A program made the translations under genes and the position numbers. Positions 1 through 8,534 of a DNA stretch of 50,781 nucleotides are shown one piece after another (within the stretch, counting starts at the first letter, position 1; each line of letters starts with the position of its first letter). Where the stretch lies: contig JAYUEP010000082.1 of assembly GCA_043739165.1 (NCBI GenBank), forward strand, positions 1 through 50,781, given 5' to 3'. This DNA comes from Hyphomicrobiales bacterium. Its GTDB lineage: Bacteria; Pseudomonadota; Alphaproteobacteria; Rhizobiales; Aestuariivirgaceae. Below the pieces are notes generated by a model that saw only the letters and a program-made list of their open reading frames with translations, was not told the DNA's origin and searched no databases.

Positions 1-1
1 C

Positions 2-214
2 AGCTATGCCCATGACGATTCGCCGCGTATCCTTATCTCGATCGGGTCGCTTGATCACCCGGAGGCATTGACACTGATCAAGCAGTATGGCGTGGAGGGC
101 CGACTGCCAGCCTTCTTCGCATTGCAAAGCCTTCCCGAGATTCGCACCGAGGACTTCTTTCCTCCTGACAAGATGGCGGAACTTGCAAGTTTACAGCATC
201 CTGACCACGACTAG
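2..214 (+). CDS. GFA (glutathione-dependent formaldehyde-activating) family protein, C-terminal part; 5' end outside window
   Basis: Frame 2 reads SYAHDDSPRILISIGSLDHPEALTLIKQYGVEGRLPAFF...SLQHPDHD*. IGSLDxP, QYGxE and terminal QHPDHD are typical of alphaproteobacterial GFA proteins. Confidence 0.7.
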   Translation, partial: SYAHDDSPRILISIGSLDHPEALTLIKQYGVEGRLPAFFALQSLPEIRTEDFFPPDKMAELASLQHPDHD

Positions 215-241
215 TTCTCCTCCACGAGACTTCACCTCAAT

Positions 242-311
242 GTCTCCTGTCGGCCCGGAGCCAGCGAACTGTGTTCATCGCGTAACAGTCTGGTGTTGAC
301 CCAAGGCAGCC
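242..311 (+). repeat. Pair of degenerate 24-bp palindromic repeats (242-265, 288-311)
   Basis: gtctc-ctg-tcggcccg-gag-ccagc and gtctg-gtg-ttgaccca-agg-cagcc; same 5-3-8-3-5 geometry as the copies at 3337 and 3716. Confidence 0.45.
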
Positions 312-448
312 CAACAATCTCCTTGATCGGACGATGATGCTCGAGTTAGGCACGCCTTATCTGACCAATCAAATCCACGCCAATTACACGTTGCGCCCTT
401 CCTGACCTCCCAAACCAAAAGAGAAGGACACTGCCTTAGCATTCAAAA

Positions 449-510
449 GGGGGTCAGAGTTGGAAACGAAACCACCTCTCAGGGGTCAATATTGCAGGCG
501 AATTTAAACA
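449..510. mobile_element. Orphan IS21-family terminal sequence
   Basis: Two tandem GGGGTCA-led repeats (gggggtcagagttgg, aggggtcaatattgcaggcgaat) ending in -ACA, the multiple-repeat layout of IS21 ends. No istA/istB nearby. Confidence 0.55.
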
Positions 511-567
511 ATTGACTAAAAACATTTTTACCCAGTTGGAGGCGAAGGCCCCTTTGGGCGCCTCCAA

Positions 568-600
568 AAAGAGTCGGGGCTGTGTCATGCCCCGGCTCTT
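568..600 (-). terminator. Rho-independent terminator candidate for the MFS gene
   Basis: Stem GAGTCGGGGC/GCCCCGGCTC preceded by AAAAA on +, i.e. a U-tract on -. Confidence 0.5.
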
Positions 601-690
601 AGGCAGCGGCGGACGCGTTGTCACCACTGCATCAGCCGACGTTCGAAGACCGTCGAAAAGCTGATGCAGCTTTTTTAGACGAGCGGAACT

Positions 691-1923
691 TTACGCGCGC
701 AAGTCTGCAACTTGCGCGCTCGATCCACGCGGTAGCAATAGTGCAAAGAAGCCTAGAACAGGCAGGAAGGCGCAAACCTTGAATACGAAATCGATGCTGG
801 TGGCGTCGGCCAGAATACCTAGGGCCGCAGCCCCTATGCCACCCAGGCCAAAGGCCAAGCCGAAGAACAGACCGGAGATCATGCCCACGCGGCCGGGCAG
901 TAGGTCCTGTGCATAGACCACCATGGCCGAGAAAGCCGAGGAAATGATGAGGCCAATGGGCACAGTGAGTACCACCGTCCAGAAGAGATTGGTATAAGGC
1001 AAGGCCAGAGCGAAGGGGAGGGCTCCGAGGATCGACACCCAGATCATCGCCTTGGTGCCGATGCGGTCGGTGAAGAAGCCGCCGAAGATGATGCCCAGCG
1101 CCTGCGCGCCGAGCAGGATGAACAGATAAAGCTGGGTTTCCCGCTGGGTGATGCCGAAATGGCCGATCAGGTAGAAGGTGTAGAACACCTGTAGGCTGGT
1201 CAGGTAAATGAATTTCGAGAACATCAGGATCAACAGCACGATGAGTGCCCAGACCACCTGGCCTCTCTTGAACACGCGTAGATTGGATTTCACTGAAGCC
1301 TGGCGCGCATGGTCTTTCAGCCAGCCCGCGTACCAGCGACCGACATAGCTTAAGAGCACAACTGCCAATGCCGCCAGCGGAGCGATCCAAGCGATAGCCC
1401 ATTGGCCACGCGGCAGGACGATCAAGGCAGTGAGCAAGGGCCCAATGGCCGAGCCGGCATTGCCACCAATCTGGAAGATCGATTGTGCAAATCCGAAGCG
1501 GCCGCCGGAGGAAAGCCGCGCCACGCGCGAGGCTTCGGGGTGGAATAGCGACGAGCCGATGCCGATCAGGGCTGCGGCGATCAAGATGGTGAGGTAGGAC
1601 CCGGCCAGGGCCAGCAGCAACAGGCCGATCAGCGTGCAGGCGGGGGCGAGCGGCAGCACATAAGGAAGCGGGTATTTGTCGGTGAAGGTGCCAAAGATCG
1701 GCTGCAGAATTGAGGCGGTGACCTGATATACCAGTGTGATCATTCCGATCTGCGCGAAGTTCAGCGCGTAATTCTCATGCAGCATCGGATAGACCGAAAG
1801 CAGCACTGCTTGCATCGTGTCATTGATGCCATGGCAGACGGCGGCGGAGAAGAGGATGGCAAGGGCGGTCCCTGTAGCGGATACTTTGGGGCTGGTTGCG
1901 GTGGCTGTGCTCATGGGGCACAA
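691..1923 (-). CDS. fsr: MFS transporter, Fsr (fosmidomycin resistance) family
   Basis: 410 aa, about 12 TM segments; HGINDTMQA, SSLFHPEASRVAR, FQIGGNAGSAIGPL, GLFFGLAFG motifs. Confidence 0.85.
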   Translation of the reverse strand: MCPMSTATATSPKVSATGTALAILFSAAVCHGINDTMQAVLLSVYPMLHENYALNFAQIGMITLVYQVTASILQPIFGTFTDKYPLPYVLPLAPACTLIGLLLLALAGSYLTILIAAALIGIGSSLFHPEASRVARLSSGGRFGFAQSIFQIGGNAGSAIGPLLTALIVLPRGQWAIAWIAPLAALAVVLLSYVGRWYAGWLKDHARQASVKSNLRVFKRGQVVWALIVLLILMFSKFIYLTSLQVFYTFYLIGHFGITQRETQLYLFILLGAQALGIIFGGFFTDRIGTKAMIWVSILGALPFALALPYTNLFWTVVLTVPIGLIISSAFSAMVVYAQDLLPGRVGMISGLFFGLAFGLGGIGAAALGILADATSIDFVFKVCAFLPVLGFFALLLPRGSSAQVADLRA

Positions 1924-2453
1924 GTCTAAATTCCGCGCCCTCGCAAGACAATCACCAAAAATGCAGGGCTAACCCTCAGGAGGGGTGAGTACCTTACGCC
2001 TTCGGCGCCGCCAAGCCCGTATCCAGCAAGTAGCCGATCAAGCTGTTCAGAAGCTTCAGCGGCAGAACGACGAGGCTTGGCTCCCCGGCTCCTGACTGTG
2101 TGGTTTGGCTAATGGTGATGGTCTGCATATTGAGGCAAAATGGCCTATGATTGGCAATTTGCACCGATAGTGAAAGAAGCATATCTCGACGAGGAAACTG
2201 TGCCATCGCAAGGTGATCTTATTAACAAACGCTGACGTCATTGTGCCTTGGCTGGTCGACTTTTTACTTGATGAACTCGTTTGGTCTGATCAGGTACTTG
2301 CGCCGGAATGTTCACCTACATGGACTTTTGAAGCCGCAACCGAGACGCAAATGTTGACCTGTTCTGCTCTCCTCACTTGTTACCCTGCAAGACAATTGAC
2401 AGGGAACACCTCTTTACGGTTTTGGATTGACCAACTTGTCAATTGGAAATGAA

Positions 2454-3325
2454 ATGCCGAAGCAACGACGAGCCCAAACTGGGGTCTGCAAACTAACGAT
2501 GGAAAGCGGTCGGTTCGTTGATTCCCATATTATTCCAAAATCGTTGACACGGGCTAAAGGACTTGAGCCTGGTCTTGCGCAGCTCGGCAATGGGCGCATG
2601 GAACGTCGTTGGAGCAGTTGGTATGATCCTACGTTGATGATCGAAGCAGGTGAACAAATTCTCTCCGACTATGACAGTTGGGCCGTTGCGATGCTCCGGA
2701 AGCACAAAATGGTTTGGAGTGGCTGGGGCCGATGCAGGCCCTTGTCGATGTTGAGTCAATTCAAGGCACACCTTGGGGGATCGGAAGGATTGAATTTGAA
2801 GATCTGGGAGATTCCAAACGGATTCGGCTGTTCCTGCTGAGTATCTTGAGGCGCGCATCAGCGACGACGCGGCGGGAATTTTCTGAAATTCAGTTACCTA
2901 AGGACGATCATGAAAAATTGCGAAAAATGGTAATGGAGCAAAATCCAGAGCCACTTGATTTTTATCCTGCATCATTAACCCAGCTCTCGACATTGGGTGT
3001 TCGGCACGACCATTCTCCCTTTGCCTTTACGAAGCAAATACCCCCTTTAGGTGGAGAGCCGGGTTACGAAAAGCCCGTATTTCAGTTCTTCCTCGACGGG
3101 CTCATCGTGCATTTCTCTCGTCTTTCCATACAGAGAAATGCGGCGCTAAATTTGGGGCCTTTGTGCGTGGGCGGGACAAATAGCCTTACCGCTAGTACGG
3201 TGAAATACGAAAATTCTGCCCATGCTCAGAATTTGGCAATTATTGCAACAGAAGTTGCGCTCGGACGACCTTTGCACGAGATTTCACAGGGTCCATTCTC
3301 GCCTCGAAGAAAACTATCTGATTAA
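2454..3325 (+). pseudogene. Frameshifted HNH-like (CKL...SHIIPK) hypothetical protein
   Basis: N-part MPKQ..CKLT..SHIIPK..WSSWYD..VWSGWG continues in another frame as PMQALV... to 3325. One missing C at tggggccgatg (~2728-2730) would give a 290-aa ORF. Confidence 0.6.
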
Positions 3326-3336
3326 ATGATTGATGC

Positions 3337-3408
3337 GTCTGCACTTGGTCCTGATCGGACCATTGTCCTTCGCGGCGCTTACTCAGCTTTCAGAGTGTGA
3401 AAGTCGAC
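3337..3408 (+). repeat. 24-bp palindromic repeat plus a second hairpin
   Basis: gtctg-cac-ttggtcct-gat-cggac (3337-3360), then stem GCTTTCA/TGAAAGT; begins 12 nt after the stop at 3325. Confidence 0.5.
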
Positions 3409-3534
3409 GCGACATTGAGCAAGATATGACTCACGGCCTCTAATGGCCAACGCCTTGATATTCACCCTCGGCAATCTTAGGCTCCACACTATTGGGCGCT
3501 TTGGCTCGAGAAACGTGAGTTGGGGAAGCAAAGT

Positions 3535-3714
3535 ATGACAATTGAATACCGGCGGCTTGGTAACAGTGGTGCCATCGTGACTAAGTTTTGCCTTGGAACC
3601 ATGACTTTTGGGGCTGAAGCGGATGAGACCACGTCACATATGCTTCTCGATGAATATGCAGCGGCAGGCGGGAATTTCATCGACACTGCAGATGTTTACT
3701 CCATCCTCACGTGA
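3535..3714 (+). pseudogene. Aldo/keto reductase, 5' fragment only
   Basis: [33 protein letters not shown] is the canonical AKR N-terminus; similarity stops after DTADVYS. Confidence 0.85.
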
Positions 3715-3715
3715 G

Positions 3716-3784
3716 TTCTGAGTTTGACCCAGTCCAGAAGAACCAATTTGGATTATTTACGTCCGCTAACCTGTCGAAAGAGCA
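3716..3784 (+). repeat. 24-bp palindromic repeat plus a degenerate partner
   Basis: ttctg-agt-ttgaccca-gtc-cagaa (3716-3739, perfect 5-bp stem) and gtccgctaacctgtcgaaag at 3761. Confidence 0.5.
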
Positions 3785-4225
3785 AATATTTTTAGTCACC
3801 TTTCGCTCGTCAAATAGGCTCGGTCTGGCAAGCTGAGCTCAGCACTTTGGCTCGGGTGGACGACGCTTTGAGCAAATTGAAATAGTCCGAAGCTGTTGTG
3901 AAGAACGCATCGTCGAGTGCCAGAAATCAGGCGTTTTCGATAGCGCTCTCAGACTTGGCGATAGTGAATCCAGAAGTGCTCAATATTTGAGTTTAACTCG
4001 GCGTACCCAACATAAGGAACGGGTCAGACGTGGCACATCGCAAACTCCGCAGCTTCCCAAATTCTCTCCAAGCCGCCGATACGGTTAAGAATTTGGCACT
4101 AACGCTGGCTTTCAGTTTCTGCAAGTATCCCGCGAATTCCCGCTCTTTTGCTTCCCCGACAGAATCTGGAGCTTGAGAAGAAACGTTAGAAAAATCATCT
4201 ATACATCTAGTTTTCATAGAAAAAC

Positions 4226-4301
4226 TGGTGCCGCTTAGGTGACTCGAACACCTGACCCCCGCATTACGAATGCGGTGCTCTACCAACTGAGCTAAAGCGG
4301 C
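4226..4301 (-). tRNA. tRNA-Thr(CGT)
   Basis: Reverse complement GCCGCTTTAGCTCAGTTGGTAGAGCA-CCGCA-TTCGTAA-TGCGG-GGGTCAGGTGTTCGAGTCACCTAAGCGGCACCA; 76 nt with encoded CCA. Confidence 0.97.
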
Positions 4302-4364
4302 CTCTGTGGCGGGCAACGCGCCCGTACCGGAATGCGCGGTCGATAGACGGTTTTGCGGTGGTTT

Positions 4365-5762
4365 TCAACTGCTTTGCTCAACGCCCGGATCATCGGGTGG
4401 GGGGGGCAGGGCAGTCGCCGCCACTGAGGCGGTTTGGCTTGGCATCGCTTCAGCTTCGGGACGGAAGCGGAGCAGGGGCGCAGCAGGCTGGTCAAACGGC
4501 AACCGCCACGCGCAGGGAACAATTTCGCCCGTGACAGGCGAGACCGGAACCCATTGCGCCGCCGCCACTCCATCTGAAACCCACATCGGATCACGCGGTG
4601 CATGCAGCGCCTGCGCCAACCAGTGGCGGCTTTGCGCTTTGTTGCCAGCGGCATCTTCAATCTCGGCCATTAAGGCACAAAGACCGGCTGCAGGATGATC
4701 TTGTACAAGCGGCGCTAAAATTTCACGCGCTGCTTCTTGCCGTCCAGCAGCCGACGCCGCTTTCGCCAAAGCAAAACGCCCCTCAAGCGATGAAGGTTCC
4801 TTGCCCGTCAAGTCTCGAACCCGTTCAAACTGGCTCTCGGCATCACCGGAATCAAGCTGCGCTGCCAAAGTCGCCAAGTCCCGGTGTGGGGCCTGGGCCC
4901 AAGTCTCGCGCAAAGCCTTGAGAGCCTTGCGCGTATTGCCTGAGGCGAACAGTGTACGGGCCAGAACGCTGGTGGCTGGCACCAAAGTCGCGTCCAGCCC
5001 ATGCGCGGCGGAGGCAAGCTCCTGCGCCTTGGGCTTGTTCCTGTCTTCTTCAACCAAGGCCTGCGCTGTCAGCAAGGCTGCTTGCTTGCGGGCCGCCTCA
5101 TCGCGGGCCATCAAACCCACTTTACCCTGCTGCGCCACATTGCGTGCCGCCCCTTCCCATTCCTTATGGACAATCAAGCTTTGCAGAACGGCAGCGGAGG
5201 CCCAAGGCAGGCGCGGGTTTTTGGACAAGGCGGCCTCAGCATGTTGCCGCGCCGCCTGCCAATCTCCGGCGCCGCGCGCATCGGCAAACAATCCGCGTAA
5301 ACCCAGAACTTCCGTATCCGGGCTTTTGGCCATGCCTTCGAAAACCCGTTTCACTTCGCCGCGATCACCGCGCAACTGTGCAGCTTGAGCGCCCAGGAGC
5401 TTGACCAAGGGTTCGCCTGTCAAGGTTTCCCCGGCAATCGCCGCATGCCGCGCTGCCGTCTGATGATCGCCGGCACCCGCCGCAACAATCCCGCGCGAGA
5501 GGGATTCATAAGCCTTGCGCGTGCGCCGATGCTTGGAATGTTCACGCAACCGCGAGGGAGCACGCCAAATATTGTGGATGAGACGCAGCGCAAAATAGAG
5601 CGCCGCGAATGAAAGACACAAAAATGTCACGCCGACCAGAACTGAAAGATGAATCTCGCGGTCCAGCCATTGAATGGTGATGTTGCCCGGTCTTTCAGCA
5701 AGCCAAGTAATTGCCAGACCTGCCGCAACCAAAAGCCCAAAGCGCCAGACCAACTTGACCAT
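4365..5762 (-). CDS. HemY N-terminal domain / TPR-like membrane protein
   Basis: Two N-terminal TM segments, ALSRG.vA.gAGD motif, C-terminal W.PVSPVTG; last gene of the hemC-hemD-COG4223 operon. Confidence 0.85.
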   Translation of the reverse strand: MVKLVWRFGLLVAAGLAITWLAERPGNITIQWLDREIHLSVLVGVTFLCLSFAALYFALRLIHNIWRAPSRLREHSKHRRTRKAYESLSRGIVAAGAGDHQTAARHAAIAGETLTGEPLVKLLGAQAAQLRGDRGEVKRVFEGMAKSPDTEVLGLRGLFADARGAGDWQAARQHAEAALSKNPRLPWASAAVLQSLIVHKEWEGAARNVAQQGKVGLMARDEAARKQAALLTAQALVEEDRNKPKAQELASAAHGLDATLVPATSVLARTLFASGNTRKALKALRETWAQAPHRDLATLAAQLDSGDAESQFERVRDLTGKEPSSLEGRFALAKAASAAGRQEAAREILAPLVQDHPAAGLCALMAEIEDAAGNKAQSRHWLAQALHAPRDPMWVSDGVAAAQWVPVSPVTGEIVPCAWRLPFDQPAAPLLRFRPEAEAMPSQTASVAATALPPPPDDPGVEQSS

Positions 5763-5764
5763 TT

Positions 5765-6838
5765 TCAGCCCTTCGCCGCCACTTCACGAGCGACTGCGGC
5801 AGAAACTTTGTCAACAGCTTGGTCAAGCTTGATGCGCCGCGCCGCTGTGTCGTGCCATGTCTGCAGTGCCGAAGGTAAAGCGCCTTCGGCCTTGCCTAAA
5901 ACATCCACTGCCTGTTGCAAATCGCCGGATGCGGCAAAGGCGGAAGCCCTGGCTGCGGCCTGGCCCACATCGTCATTGCCGAGGCTTCTTACACTGACAA
6001 GGTTTGAGAAGAAGTTGCCGATGCTGGCGAACCAACTTGAGCCCGCCGCCCCTTGCGGCTTCGCCTTGGGCAGGCCTGGCAATACTTGCGCAAGCGTATC
6101 TCCAAGCTGCGCCGCCGTGGGCAGGCCCTGCGTGGCCTCAGCGTTCAGAACTTCAAATCCTTCCGCAGCAGGCACAAGCTTTTGCAACAAGAGTGCCTCA
6201 TCATGGAACCCTTGCCCTGCCGCCACTTTGGCCTTGAGATGGTCCAGCGCCAACGTGATCTGCGCACTGTTGGCGGGCGCGGGACTGGGCGCAGCATTTG
6301 TCGTCGCCAGTTGCTTTTCAAGCGCGTCAATGCGCGTCACCAAGGCAGGATCAGCCGATGCCGCTGAGCCACTCACAGACCCGCTTTCAAGCCTAGCTTG
6401 AATTTCGCTGAGCGCCTTCTTCTGTGTATCCAGAGTCTGCTGCAAATCGCCAACGGCGGCCGATGTAATCTGCACCAAAGCAGAAACATCAGTACTTTGT
6501 TTGGCGCTTTTTTCGGAAGCGGCCTGCGCCGCACCCAGCTTGGCTTTCAATTCATCTGTCAATGCGATAACGGCATCAACACGTTTGGCAGCCTGCTTGT
6601 TGCCACTCTCCAACGCATCAACCCGCGTGCCGAGCGCTTGCACTTGATCATTGGGCAGATAATTCGCCAACACGTCACGGTACAGCCAACCGCCGAGCAG
6701 GGCGCAACCAAGCCCAAGCGCCGCGCCCAATCCAAGGTTTCGCCGCAAATTGCCAAGCGCGGACGCGACGGGTTTTGAATCTTCAATCACGCGCGGCTCG
6801 ACGTCGATAATCTCTTCGCTCACTTTGTCTTCACTCAT
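5765..6838 (-). CDS. COG4223 / mitofilin-like coiled-coil membrane protein
   Basis: N-terminal TM, long coiled coil, position between hemD and the HemY-domain gene. Confidence 0.75.
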   Translation of the reverse strand: MSEDKVSEEIIDVEPRVIEDSKPVASALGNLRRNLGLGAALGLGCALLGGWLYRDVLANYLPNDQVQALGTRVDALESGNKQAAKRVDAVIALTDELKAKLGAAQAASEKSAKQSTDVSALVQITSAAVGDLQQTLDTQKKALSEIQARLESGSVSGSAASADPALVTRIDALEKQLATTNAAPSPAPANSAQITLALDHLKAKVAAGQGFHDEALLLQKLVPAAEGFEVLNAEATQGLPTAAQLGDTLAQVLPGLPKAKPQGAAGSSWFASIGNFFSNLVSVRSLGNDDVGQAAARASAFAASGDLQQAVDVLGKAEGALPSALQTWHDTAARRIKLDQAVDKVSAAVAREVAAKG

Positions 6839-6847
6839 GAAACTCAC

Positions 6848-7558
6848 CTATTCTGCTTTGCCTGCAAGATCAAGCAGACCAAGCAGTGCTGCTTCCGTGG
6901 GCTCTGCTGCGATTGAAATATGGGTATTTGGCGGCAGTGCAGCCGCTACTTGCGCGGATAGGCAAAAATGTCGCAACCGGAGCAGTGCGCGAGCCAAGCC
7001 AAGCCGCGCCAATTCACCTTGCCAGAGTTTGGCGCTGCGCGGTGAATAGAGCAAAACCCCATCGCTCTCGGCGATTGCTTCACGCGTGCGATCGAGCTTT
7101 TGTGCGATGGCATCATAGGTGACGACGCGGTCAACATCAAAACCAGCGGCCTTGAGTTGGCCCTCAAGATCACCGGAAGTTTCGGCACCAGAAAGATAAA
7201 GCACCGGACCCTTGCGCGGCGAAAGCTGCGCCTTGATATGGGCCACCAAGCCATGCACATCGCCACCCGCAGATGTGACCTGGGAAAACCCCAACGCCTG
7301 TGCCGCGGCCGCAGACTGTGTACCCACTGCCAGAACCTGCGTTGCAAGATTGAGACTGCGCCGCGCTTCAGGGGGAAGACTGCGCGGACCGTTGGCACTG
7401 GTGACAGCGATCACCTGATAGGCGCGTTTGTGAACATGAACCTCGCGCCGCGCCTTGATGGCAAGAAGCGGTGCGATCACCACCTCATGACCGCGCTGCC
7501 GCAAGGCGTCGGCAAGCTCAGGCGCATCGACCTCAGGCCGCGTGACAACAAGTTTCAT
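6848..7558 (-). CDS. hemD: Uroporphyrinogen-III synthase
   Basis: VVTRPE, VTSANG, AVG..SA, YSPRSA motifs. Confidence 0.9.
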   Translation of the reverse strand: MKLVVTRPEVDAPELADALRQRGHEVVIAPLLAIKARREVHVHKRAYQVIAVTSANGPRSLPPEARRSLNLATQVLAVGTQSAAAAQALGFSQVTSAGGDVHGLVAHIKAQLSPRKGPVLYLSGAETSGDLEGQLKAAGFDVDRVVTYDAIAQKLDRTREAIAESDGVLLYSPRSAKLWQGELARLGLARALLRLRHFCLSAQVAAALPPNTHISIAAEPTEAALLGLLDLAGKAE

Positions 7559-7566
7559 GGCCAGCC

Positions 7567-8487
7567 CTAATAGGCAATGAGAGACCCACCTTTTGCCTTC
7601 ACTTCCTCGCCAGCATCCTGGCCCATGCGCGCTGCATCAGCAACAGGGCCTTGGCGTGTCGCGGTAAATACATGCTTGCCGTCCAGCGTCAGGGCCTCAC
7701 CACGAAACGAAAGAACACCGTTTTTCAGCAAAGCATGGCCCGCAATCGGCGTGCGGCATGAGCCATCAAGTGCGGCCATGAAGGCGCGCTCGCAAGTGAC
7801 AGCCTGATGGCTTTCAGCATGATCAATCTTGGCCACGGCGACCCTCACGTCTTCCGCCTGCAAGGTAGTTTGAATGCCAATGGCACCCTGCGCCACGGCC
7901 GGCAGCATGTCATCGATGTCAATAAGGCTGGTAATCCTGTCGGCCAGCCCCAAGCGCCGGAGGCCGGCAGCGGCCAGAAATGTCGCATCCGCCTCGCCGT
8001 CTTTGAGCTTATCTAAGCGTGTCTGAACATTGCCGCGAAACGGCGCAGGTTTGAGGTCAGGCCGCAGCCGCAAGGCCTGCGCCGTGCGCCGCACCGAGGA
8101 TGAGCCGAGCCGCGCGCCTTGCGGCAGGGAACGCAGATCCTTTGCGGCAAAACTGATGAAAGCATCGCGCACATCTTCTCGCGGCAAAATGGCGCCTAGC
8201 CCAAGACCTTCAGGCATATGGGCGGGTACGTCTTTCATCGAATGCACGGCAAGATCAATGCGCCCCGCATAAAGCGCTTCTTCGAGTTCCTTGGTGAACA
8301 GGCCTTTGCCGCCAATTTCGCTGAGCGGCCGGTCGCGCACTTGGTCTCCTGTGGTGCTGATCACCACGATTTCAAAGACACCTTCGGGCTGCGCATGGGC
8401 TGCCATCAAGCGCGCCCGCGTCTCATGTGCCTGGGCCAACGCCAACGGCGAGCCACGCGTACCGATTCGGAGAAAATGCTTCGTCAT
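7567..8487 (-). CDS. hemC: Hydroxymethylbilane synthase
   Basis: IGTRGSPLALAQ, GKGLFTKELE, AVHSMKDVP, LDGSCRTPI motifs. Confidence 0.97.
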   Translation of the reverse strand: MTKHFLRIGTRGSPLALAQAHETRARLMAAHAQPEGVFEIVVISTTGDQVRDRPLSEIGGKGLFTKELEEALYAGRIDLAVHSMKDVPAHMPEGLGLGAILPREDVRDAFISFAAKDLRSLPQGARLGSSSVRRTAQALRLRPDLKPAPFRGNVQTRLDKLKDGEADATFLAAAGLRRLGLADRITSLIDIDDMLPAVAQGAIGIQTTLQAEDVRVAVAKIDHAESHQAVTCERAFMAALDGSCRTPIAGHALLKNGVLSFRGEALTLDGKHVFTATRQGPVADAARMGQDAGEEVKAKGGSLIAY

Positions 8488-8534
8488 GTTTGCCAAGATA
8501 GGGGCTGGCTGCTACAGCCTCAAGCAGGATTGCA

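Noticed and set aside
1053-1060. TGGTGCCG matching the tRNA 3' end (possible att site)
   Set aside because: Only 8 nt and inside the fsr coding sequence; expected by chance.
2281-2350. Further possible copies of the 24-bp repeat upstream of the HNH-like gene
   Set aside because: Too degenerate to align with confidence by eye.
3780-4225. Possible integrase remnant beside the tRNA
   Set aside because: I found no tyrosine or serine recombinase motif in the frames I read.
3993-4316. 107-aa minus-strand ORF
   Set aside because: It runs through the tRNA-Thr gene; shadow ORF with no motif.
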